From: a virus
Lineage: Duplodnaviria > Heunggongvirae > Uroviricota > Caudoviricetes
Virus record (IMG/VR): IMGVR_UViG_3300045049_000270
Length of the DNA: 64,000 bases
Strand: one strand, 5' to 3'
Shown here: positions 19,818 through 29,297 of the stretch, piece after piece
Layout of the letters: every line of letters starts with the position of its first letter
Position numbering within the stretch: position 1 is the first letter of the stretch
Translations under genes and position numbers: made by a program
Notes under the pieces: generated by a model
Told to the model about the DNA's origin: nothing
Databases searched by the model: none
Seen by the model: the letters and a program-made list of their open reading frames with translations, nothing else

Positions 19818-20441
19818 ATGAGCATTTACGGATTGAAACCACATTTCACGACATACGAAGGTTACAAAGAATGGCGCAAACAATGGGCGAGCATCTATAA
19901 AGAAATCACCAAGCGCATTCAATATCAAAAGAAGGAGGTCAGTCTTTATCAAAAGAAGTCTGATACTCATGAGCAAGAATGGTTGGAAACAAAGAAAGCA
20001 GATCCGAAAGCTGTTTATAAGCCCAATCAATACTTTGCTAGGTATGAGAAAGAACGTGATAAGCTTAAAGGTATGTCGGTGGCTGCTCGTAAGCTCTGCA
20101 CCGTGCTTGATGAAGCAAAGATTCGCATGGGCAACATCACGACCATGCGTAAGGCTATGAACGAACATCTGGCATCGTTTCCAATCACAATTGAATACTG
20201 TGATCGAGTGGACTTTCATTTCAACAAGAAGCATTTGGAATTCCCCTGGATTCCCATGTGGGCGTTAAAAACGAAGGGGAAGACGTTTTACGTTAATCAT
20301 GTCAATGCACTGTGCCCGTGGTCTACGCGAGCGACGCCTGACAACGAGAGTACCAAGGGGTCGATTCGATTCAGAGATTGCTCTCTTCATATTGATGCTG
20401 ACGGTATTGCGACGCTTGGTACGGTTATGGTCGAAGCATAA
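19818..20441 (+). CDS. hypothetical protein
   Basis: 207 aa; YVNHV...PWST..TPDN..TKGSI motif. Confidence 0.75.
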   Translation: MSIYGLKPHFTTYEGYKEWRKQWASIYKEITKRIQYQKKEVSLYQKKSDTHEQEWLETKKADPKAVYKPNQYFARYEKERDKLKGMSVAARKLCTVLDEAKIRMGNITTMRKAMNEHLASFPITIEYCDRVDFHFNKKHLEFPWIPMWALKTKGKTFYVNHVNALCPWSTRATPDNESTKGSIRFRDCSLHIDADGIATLGTVMVEA

Positions 20442-20519
20442 TTTGACTGATAATAACAATGTTCGTTAACATGAATATGAATCACACTAGTTTGGTTCAT
20501 AGTCTATAGGAGATTTCTT

Positions 20520-20735
20520 ATGAAATCGTTCATACCTAATTTGGCGGCACATTTGGAGACTATCCTTATGGCCAAAAAGATGACACCGCAAACGTATGCG
20601 AACCTGGGGGTCGTATATACAAATCGTCCAATTACGTATAGGAAGATTGTATCACTGATTCTTAGTCAATACCCTTATGTCAAGCTTGATATCGGCCGTC
20701 AGCGCCGAATCATTAAGCATGTACAGAAAGCGTAA
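20520..20735 (+). CDS. small basic hypothetical protein
   Basis: AGGAG RBS; followed by terminator. Confidence 0.55.
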   Translation: MKSFIPNLAAHLETILMAKKMTPQTYANLGVVYTNRPITYRKIVSLILSQYPYVKLDIGRQRRIIKHVQKA

Positions 20736-20751
20736 GTCACGTTTGAAAAAT

Positions 20752-20780
20752 AAAGATGGCACCACTTTGGTGCCATCTTT
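20752..20780 (+). terminator. intrinsic terminator
   Basis: AAAGATGGCACC-actt-TGGTGCCATCTTT. Confidence 0.75.
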
Positions 20781-20844
20781 GCTTGTGGTTTCAGTTGCCA
20801 TATGTATCATAGAGGTCACAGAAGAATATCAATAAAAGCGCCTC

Positions 20845-21075
20845 ATGAAGACAATTGTACATGTCAATTAACACGTTATCAAAGCGAATGCAAAGACTGG
20901 TGAGCGTGATCCCGTTCTTACAGTGAAGACTTACAAGTCTAACACCTACGCGCATGCGGTTGATATCAAGGATCCATGCCGCGTAGTTTACTCACCAGAC
21001 AAGCCTCTGTCTTGTGGTACCAAAGTTTGGATTGAGACAGAAAGTGAAGTAATTCCAATTTACGATAAACAATGA
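20845..21075 (+). pseudogene. phage hypothetical gene with in-frame TAA at codon 9
   Basis: MKTIVHVN*HVIKANAKTGERDPVLTVKT...KPLSCGTKVWIET; 3' end overlaps next gene (ATGA). Confidence 0.7.
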
Positions 21076-21635
21076 AAGTAAAAATCGGACCATATTTGAA
21101 TTGGTGGGGACCTTATCAAATCGCTGAACTTTTGAAGTACGTTGGTTTTAAAGAAAAGACGTACGAAAAGATTGGTGAAAAACTCGCTGCAACGAAGTTT
21201 GCAGACATCTGTCAATGGATTCACGACAAGCGTAAGCGTAAAGTTGAGATCAAGATTGAACGATATGATGTATGGAACATGGATAGCACACTTGCTCTTC
21301 TTGTTCTTCCCATGCTGAAACAACTTAAAGAACAGAAGCATGGTGCCCCTGCATCTATGGCTGGGTTTGCTCAATTGTCGCAAAACAGCTATCCGCAGAT
21401 GTGCTTTGCCTTCTATGAAGAAGGTGATGAAGCTGCTGACCAAGCTGGGTTTGCTGAATGGGATGAGATCATGAATAAAATGATCTGGTCATTCGAACAA
21501 CTGCTTGACGAAGACTCCGATTCTAAGTTTTTTGAAAACGATACCTATGATCAGAAGGGATATGAAGCATATGCTGCTCGCATGCAAGAAGGCTTCGAAC
21601 TCTTCGGCAAATATTATCAATCACTTTGGGATTAA
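21072..21635 (+). CDS. conserved phage hypothetical protein
   Basis: WNMDSTLA..V.PML and GFELFGKYY..LWD motifs. Confidence 0.8.
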   Translation: MKVKIGPYLNWWGPYQIAELLKYVGFKEKTYEKIGEKLAATKFADICQWIHDKRKRKVEIKIERYDVWNMDSTLALLVLPMLKQLKEQKHGAPASMAGFAQLSQNSYPQMCFAFYEEGDEAADQAGFAEWDEIMNKMIWSFEQLLDEDSDSKFFENDTYDQKGYEAYAARMQEGFELFGKYYQSLWD

Positions 21636-21636
21636 A

Positions 21637-21861
21637 ATGAAAAATCCATTTAGAAAGCCTGAGATCAAATACATCAAGCAAGATGGTTATCCTGATTATC
21701 CTTATGTTGACGATGATTATACCGTATTCAACATCTTGTTTCGTAGCAAGCAGTTAGATGAACTTATCCGCAAATGTGCAGCAGAAATTCATGCAGCTAA
21801 GGAAAAGATGCTTCAAGACAAGATCCGCGCAATCATCCGCAATGAACTAGCAAAACAATAA
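21637..21861 (+). CDS. hypothetical protein
   Basis: 74-aa ORF between neighbours. Confidence 0.6.
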   Translation: MKNPFRKPEIKYIKQDGYPDYPYVDDDYTVFNILFRSKQLDELIRKCAAEIHAAKEKMLQDKIRAIIRNELAKQ

Positions 21862-21867
21862 CAGGTA

Positions 21868-22164
21868 ATGAGCAATAAAATGAACGCAATTGAACAAGCA
21901 ATCCAAGAAGGCAAACAACTCCGCATCAAATATAATGGTGCGGTTCGTATTATCAATCCGCATCTATACGGTACTAATCGTCTCAACGAAGAACGCCTAC
22001 GTGCCACTCAGATCGAATCAAATGGCGTTGCACATACCGCTGATTGGAAACTCTTTGATGTCAAGAAGATTGAGGCGGTCGAAATGCTTGAAACTTCGGT
22101 TGCCGTCGATCCAGCGTATAAGAATACTGATTCGGTGATCGTTAACATTATCACAAAGCTGTAA
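21868..22164 (+). CDS. stand-alone WYL-like domain protein
   Basis: I.Y....R.I.P..Y ... LRA.Q ... WKLFDV.KI pattern. Confidence 0.65.
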   Translation: MSNKMNAIEQAIQEGKQLRIKYNGAVRIINPHLYGTNRLNEERLRATQIESNGVAHTADWKLFDVKKIEAVEMLETSVAVDPAYKNTDSVIVNIITKL

Positions 22165-22267
22165 TGCCAATTTGCATATGGATAATGCTGACATTGACAT
22201 TGTTGATGACAGCATTAGTCGTAGGTTTAGCGCTCTACGTTCTACCACCAATAATAAAAAATCTATA

Positions 22268-22639
22268 ATGAAGCCGTACCTTCACGCAAAGATCTCAGCT
22301 AAGAAGTTTGGTGGTGTACCTGAAGATTACATGGACATTCACCAGTTCATAGATTCAAGCAAAGCGTGCATGCCAGATATTCGCCACCGTGCAATACTCC
22401 ATAGTGCATTTGGTTGCTTCTTGGTTGAGCAGATGTACGGCATCGTTCGCAATAACTCTGAAGGCAAGGAATATAGTCCTCGAGATGTGGCTGAAGAACA
22501 CATCAAAGAAGACTTGGGATTTATTCCCACAGTTGAACAGTACCTGAATAATATGACAATACAACCATGGATGTCAGGTACTGAAAAGGCAAACCCATCT
22601 ACAAATAAGAAATTTATCCCATTTGGTGCGGAAGACTAA
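22268..22639 (+). CDS. conserved phage protein (DUF6915-like)
   Basis: P.LHA..SAKKFGG...DY..IH..ID.SK....RHRA.LH motif. Confidence 0.75.
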   Translation: MKPYLHAKISAKKFGGVPEDYMDIHQFIDSSKACMPDIRHRAILHSAFGCFLVEQMYGIVRNNSEGKEYSPRDVAEEHIKEDLGFIPTVEQYLNNMTIQPWMSGTEKANPSTNKKFIPFGAED

Positions 22640-22640
22640 A

Positions 22641-23093
22641 ATGACAACACAAATTCAAAGATCATCATTCGCCGACACAGTAAAGCGTCTGGAGCGGACA
22701 ATGGAGGAAGCACGTAATCAAGCAAAGATGGCTTTCCTTCAAGAATTGAAGGCTATTTTTGATCGGAATCCTGAACTTAAAGTGATCAAGTGGGTTCAGT
22801 ACACTCCGTACTTCAATGACGGTGATACATGTGAATTCACAGTTCATGACATCGTTGCTGCCAACTATGAAGAAGTCGACGCGTGGGGCGAATGGGAAGG
22901 TGAGGACGACCAACCTCATGATTTTACCCTCTTTACCGGCTATCGTTCACGACGCTTGCCTGACCTAATCGATCTCGAAAGTTTCATGGAGTCATCGATT
23001 GGATATGATGTGCTTCAATTCGCATTTGGTGACCATGTACAAGTAACTGTCACAGTTAATGGTGTGACAGTCGACGATTACGATCATGAGTGA
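22641..23093 (+). CDS. conserved phage hypothetical protein
   Basis: W.QYTPYFNDGD.CEF motif, FGDH..V, C-terminal YDHE. Confidence 0.75.
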   Translation: MTTQIQRSSFADTVKRLERTMEEARNQAKMAFLQELKAIFDRNPELKVIKWVQYTPYFNDGDTCEFTVHDIVAANYEEVDAWGEWEGEDDQPHDFTLFTGYRSRRLPDLIDLESFMESSIGYDVLQFAFGDHVQVTVTVNGVTVDDYDHE

Positions 23094-23155
23094 AATCACA
23101 AAGCTGTTGACTATTTGCCATGTGGCAGTAGAATACAAACTATAGCAAGACGTAA

Positions 23156-23231
23156 CGCCTCTTAGCTCAATTGGCAGAGCAGAAGTCTTCAAAACTTAAG
23201 GTTAGGGGTTCGATTCCCCTAGAGGCGACCA
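23156..23231 (+). tRNA. tRNA with UCA anticodon (opal suppressor, Trp-like loop)
   Basis: 76-nt cloverleaf: CGCCTCT/AGAGGCG-A-CCA, GCTC/GAGC D-stem, loop CTTCAAA (TCA at 23189-23191), GGTTCGATTCC T-arm, short variable loop; TTGACT-N16-TAGAAT promoter. Confidence 0.9.
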
Positions 23232-23249
23232 AATAACAATAAAATTCTC

Positions 23250-23852
23250 ATGCCAGCATTCAACTTTTGTCACTACTGCGGCACGCAGTACTCTCAAGTC
23301 TCAACATTCCCTCGAATCTGCTCTAACGATGCTTGCAAACGTGAAGTTTGGGATTCACCCAATGTAGTTGGTGTTGGTATTGTACCAATGGGTGATGGCT
23401 TGCTTGGTGGTGTTCGTGGTATTCAAGGCTACGGTTACGGCAAGAAAGCACTGATGGGTGGTTTTTCGGAGAAGGGTGAGAGCATTGAAGAAACATGTGC
23501 TCGTGAAATTCTTGAAGAATCTGGTATCAAGCTTGATCCCAACAAATTTTACCAGTTTTATTCTGCACCAACTCCTGGTGGACAAATCTTGTCTTTCTGC
23601 ATTTACGATGGTTCAGTAGATGAATCGTTGTTGGCAACTGCGGTACCTTGTACAGAAACTTTAGAAGTTTTAAAGCTCAGCTTTGACGACGAACTAGCTT
23701 TTCCGTTGCATGAAGAGGCAGTGAAACGATATCAAACATACATGGCTCAGCAGTCAATTCCTTTTCCGGCGAACTTGTTTACGCAAATTCAAGACTTGAT
23801 TAATGGCGTTGATGTAGATCTTGATTCACTATCATCAAACAAAGACGAATAA
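23250..23852 (+). CDS. Nudix hydrolase with N-terminal zinc ribbon
   Basis: FCHYCG...C...C; GGF...GES.EE...REILEESG Nudix box. Confidence 0.9.
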   Translation: MPAFNFCHYCGTQYSQVSTFPRICSNDACKREVWDSPNVVGVGIVPMGDGLLGGVRGIQGYGYGKKALMGGFSEKGESIEETCAREILEESGIKLDPNKFYQFYSAPTPGGQILSFCIYDGSVDESLLATAVPCTETLEVLKLSFDDELAFPLHEEAVKRYQTYMAQQSIPFPANLFTQIQDLINGVDVDLDSLSSNKDE

Positions 23853-23869
23853 TTTGATTAATCTACTGA

Positions 23870-23898
23870 GAAAAAGCCCCAGATGGGGCTTTTTCTTT
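23870..23898 (+). terminator. intrinsic terminator
   Basis: AAAAAGCCCC-agat-GGGGCTTTTT. Confidence 0.85.
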
Positions 23899-23956
23899 GC
23901 TTGATTGTTTCATCAAATGAGCAAATAATGGCAACATTGAAAGACAGGAGAGCGGA

Positions 23957-24607
23957 ATGAGCATAAAGAACATGACGATCGAAGAATTGACCGCGTTATG
24001 CGCGAAAATACGCGTTCAGCTTGATCCATTGGTCGCACAACGTGATGATCTCGACAAACAGATCATTGCGCTCAACAAGCGTCGTAAAGAGGCTGAAGAA
24101 CGCATTGATGCATTGCGGTACGAAGCGATGCAAACTTCTGGTGAAATCAACTGGTCGGTATTGATTGATGCTGGCCCTAGTGGGGACCGTTACTATAAGG
24201 AATCCAAAACTGAAATAGCCAAATTGGCGCCCAGTGGCGGCATCGAATTTTCAGGATATTTCCCAGAAACGCAACAGCATGCTCTGCGTGTAAAATTCAA
24301 ACGAGGTGATAAACAACAGATTGAAGAAGTGGCTACGGTTTTGGAATTATTGATTCCATTGTATAAACCGTTGCCAGACTTCGAAGACTGGGTTATCTTC
24401 GACATCTTCGAAGAATCGTTGAGCGAATTCGGATCGTACAAATTCGCGTACAACTTTGAAACGAAGAAATGGTATTTCGGACCGTGGCGAAGTCACAGTC
24501 GTCACAAGAAGGGTGATATGTTCACAGCAACTTGGCAGTTCGGGCCATACGACACGGCTGAAGAATTGGCGACGCAGATTTCCAACAACATATGGTATGA
24601 AATATAA
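23957..24607 (+). CDS. hypothetical protein with N-terminal coiled coil
   Basis: AGGAG RBS, 216 aa. Confidence 0.8.
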   Translation: MSIKNMTIEELTALCAKIRVQLDPLVAQRDDLDKQIIALNKRRKEAEERIDALRYEAMQTSGEINWSVLIDAGPSGDRYYKESKTEIAKLAPSGGIEFSGYFPETQQHALRVKFKRGDKQQIEEVATVLELLIPLYKPLPDFEDWVIFDIFEESLSEFGSYKFAYNFETKKWYFGPWRSHSRHKKGDMFTATWQFGPYDTAEELATQISNNIWYEI

Positions 24608-24789
24608 CATGAACAACGAAGATGAAAATGAAATGAATAAAGGTGATCCACCATTCATGACACAAAGTGAGATAGCTGGTACATTAATCATTATTGTTCT
24701 TATTGCTTGGATGCTTTTCCATTGATATTCGGGTATTAAAGAGCTGCTGCTATAAAATGGCGGCAGTTCTTTTCATTGGAATTACCAAA

Positions 24790-25125
24790 ATGCACGACGA
24801 ATATAAAAAAGAAATCCTCGACCATCTAGATGCAATGTTGTCACAAGGTGTGATGCAGAGCGTTAATTACACTGTGATGTTGATGGTACGTGATGCCTTG
24901 ATTGCCAAAGGCTTTGATTCAAAAATTGCCGAACATGTGGTTACGAAGGCGCAAATTGTCGTTCATGATGACATTTATGCTGATCGGCAATTTATGGCTA
25001 TTGCTATAGACAAATACACAGATGTCGTTCTTGAAATGTACAAATTTGCCAAATCGAAACTAATGCACGAAGAATTCTTCGAACACTTGGTGGAAGGTCT
25101 CAATTTGGTACTTGTACCAAATTAA
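24790..25125 (+). CDS. hypothetical protein
   Basis: 111-aa ORF. Confidence 0.65.
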   Translation: MHDEYKKEILDHLDAMLSQGVMQSVNYTVMLMVRDALIAKGFDSKIAEHVVTKAQIVVHDDIYADRQFMAIAIDKYTDVVLEMYKFAKSKLMHEEFFEHLVEGLNLVLVPN

Positions 25126-25168
25126 TGCTTGCGTTAGAATTACCAAATTAAAATAATAAGAATACATC

Positions 25169-25765
25169 ATGTCAAGCATCGTTCAAACACTCAGAAAGAA
25201 AGATCTAATCAGCGACGCCCCACAGTTCGTTGTAAGTAATATTTGTTATGAGACTATAATGGGCTCTGAGTCCTATGCAGTCAGTAATGATGACAGTGAT
25301 CGCGACGTATATGGTTTCTGCTTGCCACCAAAGACAATGATTTTCCCGCATTTGTCAGGACATGTTCTTGGCTTTGGTACCAAACCACCTTCATTCGAAC
25401 AATATCAGCAGCATCATATTATCGACAAGGAAACTCGCAAGGAATATGATATCACGATTTACAATATCGTGAAGTATTTCCAGTTGCTGATGGAAAATAA
25501 TCCGAACATGATCGATAGTATTTTCACACCGCGTCGTTGTGTTCTGCATTCCACCAAGATTGCAGAAATGGTACGTGATGCTCGAAAAGAATTCCTTCAT
25601 AAGGGTTGCTGGCACAAGTTTAAGGGATATTCATTTGCTCAAATGAGCAAGATCAAGAACTCGTCGAACCCATTAACTGAATTTATGCGAGAAAAACGCG
25701 TACCAGCTAATGTAACTATGGATGATATTGAAAAAGAGTTAGCTAAACGATCTTTGGTTGTTTAG
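25169..25765 (+). CDS. pol-beta-like nucleotidyltransferase (RlaP-like), N-terminal fragment of a split gene
   Basis: GSESYA...SDRDVYG catalytic motif, NPN..D.LF, F.GY. Confidence 0.85.
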   Translation: MSSIVQTLRKKDLISDAPQFVVSNICYETIMGSESYAVSNDDSDRDVYGFCLPPKTMIFPHLSGHVLGFGTKPPSFEQYQQHHIIDKETRKEYDITIYNIVKYFQLLMENNPNMIDSIFTPRRCVLHSTKIAEMVRDARKEFLHKGCWHKFKGYSFAQMSKIKNSSNPLTEFMREKRVPANVTMDDIEKELAKRSLVV

Positions 25766-26546
25766 GCTTCATACCAATAGTCCACCCTTTAGAAAGCCAG
25801 ATCGGAAGATCATTCTCTGGAACTTGTTTGACTTTGCCAGTAGAAACCTCATGGATATATTTTAATTTTCTGGCTTTCTTCGTATTTTTCATATTTTGAA
25901 TTCGTTGTGCTTCTAACTCAGCTGATTTTGAAGCATGCCAAGCAGCCACCCCAGCAGATTGATTGTTCCACGCTGTTGCTAGATCTTCATCGGATCTACC
26001 CCAATATGATGATTTACAATTGGATTTGAATGTTTCTTTTTCTTCTGTTGACTTGAGAGCTTCTTCTATTTTTCGTCGTTGTCTAGTATTTTCTTGATGT
26101 TCGGCGAGCTGTTTTGGTTTTGAATGCCAAGTATCTTTTTTCTTTTTAGCCAAGGATTTCTTTTCTATTTCCGTCATCGCTGCTAACTTTGCTTTAGAAG
26201 CAGCGCTCATAGCTTGATAAATGCTATTCTTATATTCATCTGATAGATGGTCGTGATTGCGCCCACCGCCAGCTGAACTAGTTAGATTATAGTATTCATC
26301 ATTATTTGCTATGTCTGGAATCTTAGATAGCCATGATTCTTCTAGAGACAATAATTCAGTATGTGAACCAGAGCAGAAATCCAAAATAGTACGTTCAAAA
26401 ATCGACGGATCAAGTTCGTATGCTCTTCTAAAATAGATTCCTGAGCCCACATAACCATCGTCAATCTTGCCATAATGTGAACCGATATATTTCTTATTGT
26501 TGATTTTGTTTGTCCATTGATATACGAAGCCAGTATATTGTTTCAT
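25743..26546 (-). CDS. GIY-YIG homing endonuclease
   Basis: GFVY..TN.INNKKYIG, Y.GSG, E...YYN motifs; TATAAATA late promoter at 26583-26590 on minus strand. Confidence 0.9.
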   Translation of the reverse strand: MKQYTGFVYQWTNKINNKKYIGSHYGKIDDGYVGSGIYFRRAYELDPSIFERTILDFCSGSHTELLSLEESWLSKIPDIANNDEYYNLTSSAGGGRNHDHLSDEYKNSIYQAMSAASKAKLAAMTEIEKKSLAKKKKDTWHSKPKQLAEHQENTRQRRKIEEALKSTEEKETFKSNCKSSYWGRSDEDLATAWNNQSAGVAAWHASKSAELEAQRIQNMKNTKKARKLKYIHEVSTGKVKQVPENDLPIWLSKGWTIGMKPKQPKIV

Positions 26547-26599
26547 TATTGATTTTCCTTGAAATTCACTTATCATGTTGTTTATTTATAAGGTAAGAT

Positions 26600-27058
26600 A
26601 TGTTAGAACATTTGTCTGATGTCGAACTTCTAAAGTTGTACGAATTGAAAAAGAAATACCACTTGAAGGAAAACGAAAAACGTAGGGACGATATTATTGA
26701 ACATGGGTACTCGACCAAGTTTGCATATCACATCGTTCGGTTGCTTAACGAATGCGAACAAATCTTGATGACGGGTGATCTTGACCTTGAGCAAAATCGT
26801 GAACAGTTGAAAGCTATTCGTCGTGGTGAATGGACGCTTGCACAACTTGATGAATGGGCTGAAGACAAGCAAAAGGTGCTCGAGAATCTGTATGTCACAA
26901 GCACACTTCGCCACTCACCAGATGAAGAATATTTGAAGACCTTACTCATCAATTGTTTGGAAGAGCATTATGGTAACCTTGGTAATGCTGTGGTTGAACC
27001 AAACAAAGCTGACAAGCTAGTCGCTGAATTGGATCAACTTATCGCCAAGTACCGATAA
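26600..27058 (+). CDS. nucleotidyltransferase, C-terminal fragment of a split gene
   Basis: GY.TKFAYH.VRLL and LKAIRRGE are C-half motifs of the 25169 family; own RBS and ATG. Confidence 0.82.
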   Translation: MLEHLSDVELLKLYELKKKYHLKENEKRRDDIIEHGYSTKFAYHIVRLLNECEQILMTGDLDLEQNREQLKAIRRGEWTLAQLDEWAEDKQKVLENLYVTSTLRHSPDEEYLKTLLINCLEEHYGNLGNAVVEPNKADKLVAELDQLIAKYR

Positions 27059-27153
27059 GAAAAGTTGGTACTCAAAGCACAAGCTGTGAAAACGGCTTGC
27101 GCTTTTCACCATACCAATGTACCATTTGAACATCTAATGCAAGAGGAGATCAC

Positions 27154-28326
27154 ATGAGCACGTTTGCTGTAAAAGTTCGTAAAATTAGACTGATGTCACA
27201 CCCGGACGCAGATGCTCTTGATATCGCTATTGTTGACGATTATCAATCTTGCATTCGCAAGGGTGATTTCAATGATGGTGATCTTGCAATTTATATTCCT
27301 GAGTCGGCCATCCTCCCTGAAAATATTCTTCGTGCATGTGGTCTATGGGATGAAGTGCAAGGAAAAGGCCGATGCGCCGGTGAATTCGGTAATCGAGTTC
27401 ATGCCGTACGTCTACGTGGAGTACTAAGCCAAGGCGTACTGATGCGCATTACGGATGAACTCAACACAGAATTCAAGCACACCTTCATGAATGTTGAAGA
27501 GGCTCGCAATCTACAAGAAGGTGATGAAGTTGCGGAAATGTTGGGTATTGTCAAATACAAACCCGAGCTACCGCCCTTCATGGAAGGCGACATCATGGAA
27601 CTTTTCGATCATACTCGCCACTTCGACATCGAGAGTGCTCAGCAATTTCCCAATGTGTTGCAAGATGGTGAAGAAGTAGTCATGACGGAAAAGCTACATG
27701 GTGTATTCTGCGAAGTCGGTGTTATAACTGATTTGAACGATCCACGATTGCTAAACGGCAACATGTTTGCCACGAGTAAGGGTTTTGCAAATGATGGCAT
27801 CGTATTTCAAAACACTGAACGCAATGCGCAAGACAACATTTATCAGAAGACCTTATTGAAGCTCCAAAATAAATTCAAGATGGTAGCTGAACGATTACAC
27901 TGCGAATACATGGGCGAAGGAGCTTCGCTCCCTAATGTCTATATTCTGGGTGAAATTTTCGGTATGGGGTCAGGCCAGGATTTACATTATGGTATGAAAG
28001 ATATCGATTTTCGAGTCTTCGACATTTATGAAGGCCCGCCGACTGCTGGGCGGTTCCTCGACTATGACGAAATGGTTGCAGCTTGCGATGGTATTCTGCA
28101 GATTGTGCCATTACTGTACCGCGGTCCTTTCAGCAAGGATGCAATCATCAAGCATCGTGATGGTGTTACCACATTTGGTGGAGCGAATGTACGTGAAGGT
28201 GGGGTTGTGAAACCGGTAATCGAACGACGAGACTTTGAACTTGGACGCGTGATTCTGAAATTTGTGAGCCCCGATTACCTGACTCGAAAGGGTAAGAAGG
28301 GGCAAAAGGTTACCGAGTACGCATAA
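27154..28326 (+). CDS. ATP-dependent RNA ligase (DRB0094-like family)
   Basis: HPDADAL, RLRG.LSQG, TEKLHG (motif I), GEIFG, FDI, REG.V, LK.VS..YL. Confidence 0.9.
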   Translation: MSTFAVKVRKIRLMSHPDADALDIAIVDDYQSCIRKGDFNDGDLAIYIPESAILPENILRACGLWDEVQGKGRCAGEFGNRVHAVRLRGVLSQGVLMRITDELNTEFKHTFMNVEEARNLQEGDEVAEMLGIVKYKPELPPFMEGDIMELFDHTRHFDIESAQQFPNVLQDGEEVVMTEKLHGVFCEVGVITDLNDPRLLNGNMFATSKGFANDGIVFQNTERNAQDNIYQKTLLKLQNKFKMVAERLHCEYMGEGASLPNVYILGEIFGMGSGQDLHYGMKDIDFRVFDIYEGPPTAGRFLDYDEMVAACDGILQIVPLLYRGPFSKDAIIKHRDGVTTFGGANVREGGVVKPVIERRDFELGRVILKFVSPDYLTRKGKKGQKVTEYA

Positions 28327-28380
28327 ACGAACATATATTTCACGTATAATACGGTAATATGGGTGAGTGAGGAATGAATA

Positions 28381-28665
28381 ATGGAAAGCACTGATGAAGA
28401 TTCAATTGATTCCTCCATTCTAGGTGATCTTAAGAAAGAACGCCATCAGGAATGGTGGGACGACAATGTGAATGAAATCGAAGCGTCTGGTGTTCCTCAC
28501 ACCTTCACAAACAACGGCGAATCTGTGCTTTTTCGTGAGAAAGGCAAACCGAAAGTTGATTTCTTCCCATCAACAGGACGCTGGCGTATTGTAGGCAAGA
28601 ATGCAGGAACGATGGGTGGTGGGGCAAAGCGCTTCATCGAATGGTATAGCCAACAGACTGAATGA
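28381..28665 (+). CDS. hypothetical protein
   Basis: VDFFPSTGRW motif. Confidence 0.7.
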   Translation: MESTDEDSIDSSILGDLKKERHQEWWDDNVNEIEASGVPHTFTNNGESVLFREKGKPKVDFFPSTGRWRIVGKNAGTMGGGAKRFIEWYSQQTE

Positions 28666-28937
28666 AGCGATTTAATTCATTAAAAGAAGATGAATGGTTT
28701 GTGTTTCAAACCACATCAGTGTTCAACTCATTCATTGAGTTTTCAGATGAAATACAGTGGCTTAATGATCGTTATGATGACAGTGAATGTTATTCACAGA
28801 AAGCGATGATCTTCTGGGGTCGAAACGATGCTTTCGTTAGATTAACTTGTTTCGATGATGTTTCATTTGATTCGATCGTTGAATTTGGTTTCAAGTCACA
28901 ACTGGAAGCTCTAGAATTTCAGCTTACATTCGCGTAA
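28662..28937 (+). CDS. FKL.W-family small protein
   Basis: QWLN...EALEFQLTF. Confidence 0.7.
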   Translation: MKRFNSLKEDEWFVFQTTSVFNSFIEFSDEIQWLNDRYDDSECYSQKAMIFWGRNDAFVRLTCFDDVSFDSIVEFGFKSQLEALEFQLTFA

Positions 28938-28993
28938 TTTTTACATCTTCGCCAATTCCTCTGCTATAATTGGTGCTCCTCATATTGGAGACG

Positions 28994-29251
28994 ATGATGG
29001 CATCATTAACCAATGCGCTGAAATCAGCAGCAAAATGTTTTGAACCTGTTGTTTTTACCGCAGTAGCTATTCTGGTTACAGCGTTCTTGACTGAAGCCAT
29101 TCATCGAATGACACCAGTTGATTTTAATTGGTTTCAATGTTTTGTATCGCATCATAAACTGGCTTCAAGTTTCACTATTGTATTATTATTTGCAATCGTG
29201 ACTTTCTTCATATGGAAGAAACCAATTGAGCAAATTATTAAAGAACAATAA
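28994..29251 (+). CDS. small membrane protein (2 TM)
   Basis: GGAG RBS, two hydrophobic segments. Confidence 0.65.
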   Translation: MMASLTNALKSAAKCFEPVVFTAVAILVTAFLTEAIHRMTPVDFNWFQCFVSHHKLASSFTIVLLFAIVTFFIWKKPIEQIIKEQ

Positions 29252-29297
29252 AATATGAAAGCGGCTATGCCGCTTTCATACATAGGAAAATAACAAA

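Noticed and set aside
23156-23231. tRNA-Sec or whole-genome code 4/25 recoding
   Set aside because: No long variable arm or extended acceptor stem. Long genes contain no internal TGA, and TGA clearly terminates nrdA and many ATGA-coupled genes.
25743-26600. Group I intron or split intein in the nucleotidyltransferase
   Set aside because: The endonuclease is antisense and overlaps the first half, only ~50 nt of spacer remain, and no Cys/Ser...His-Asn intein ends are present.
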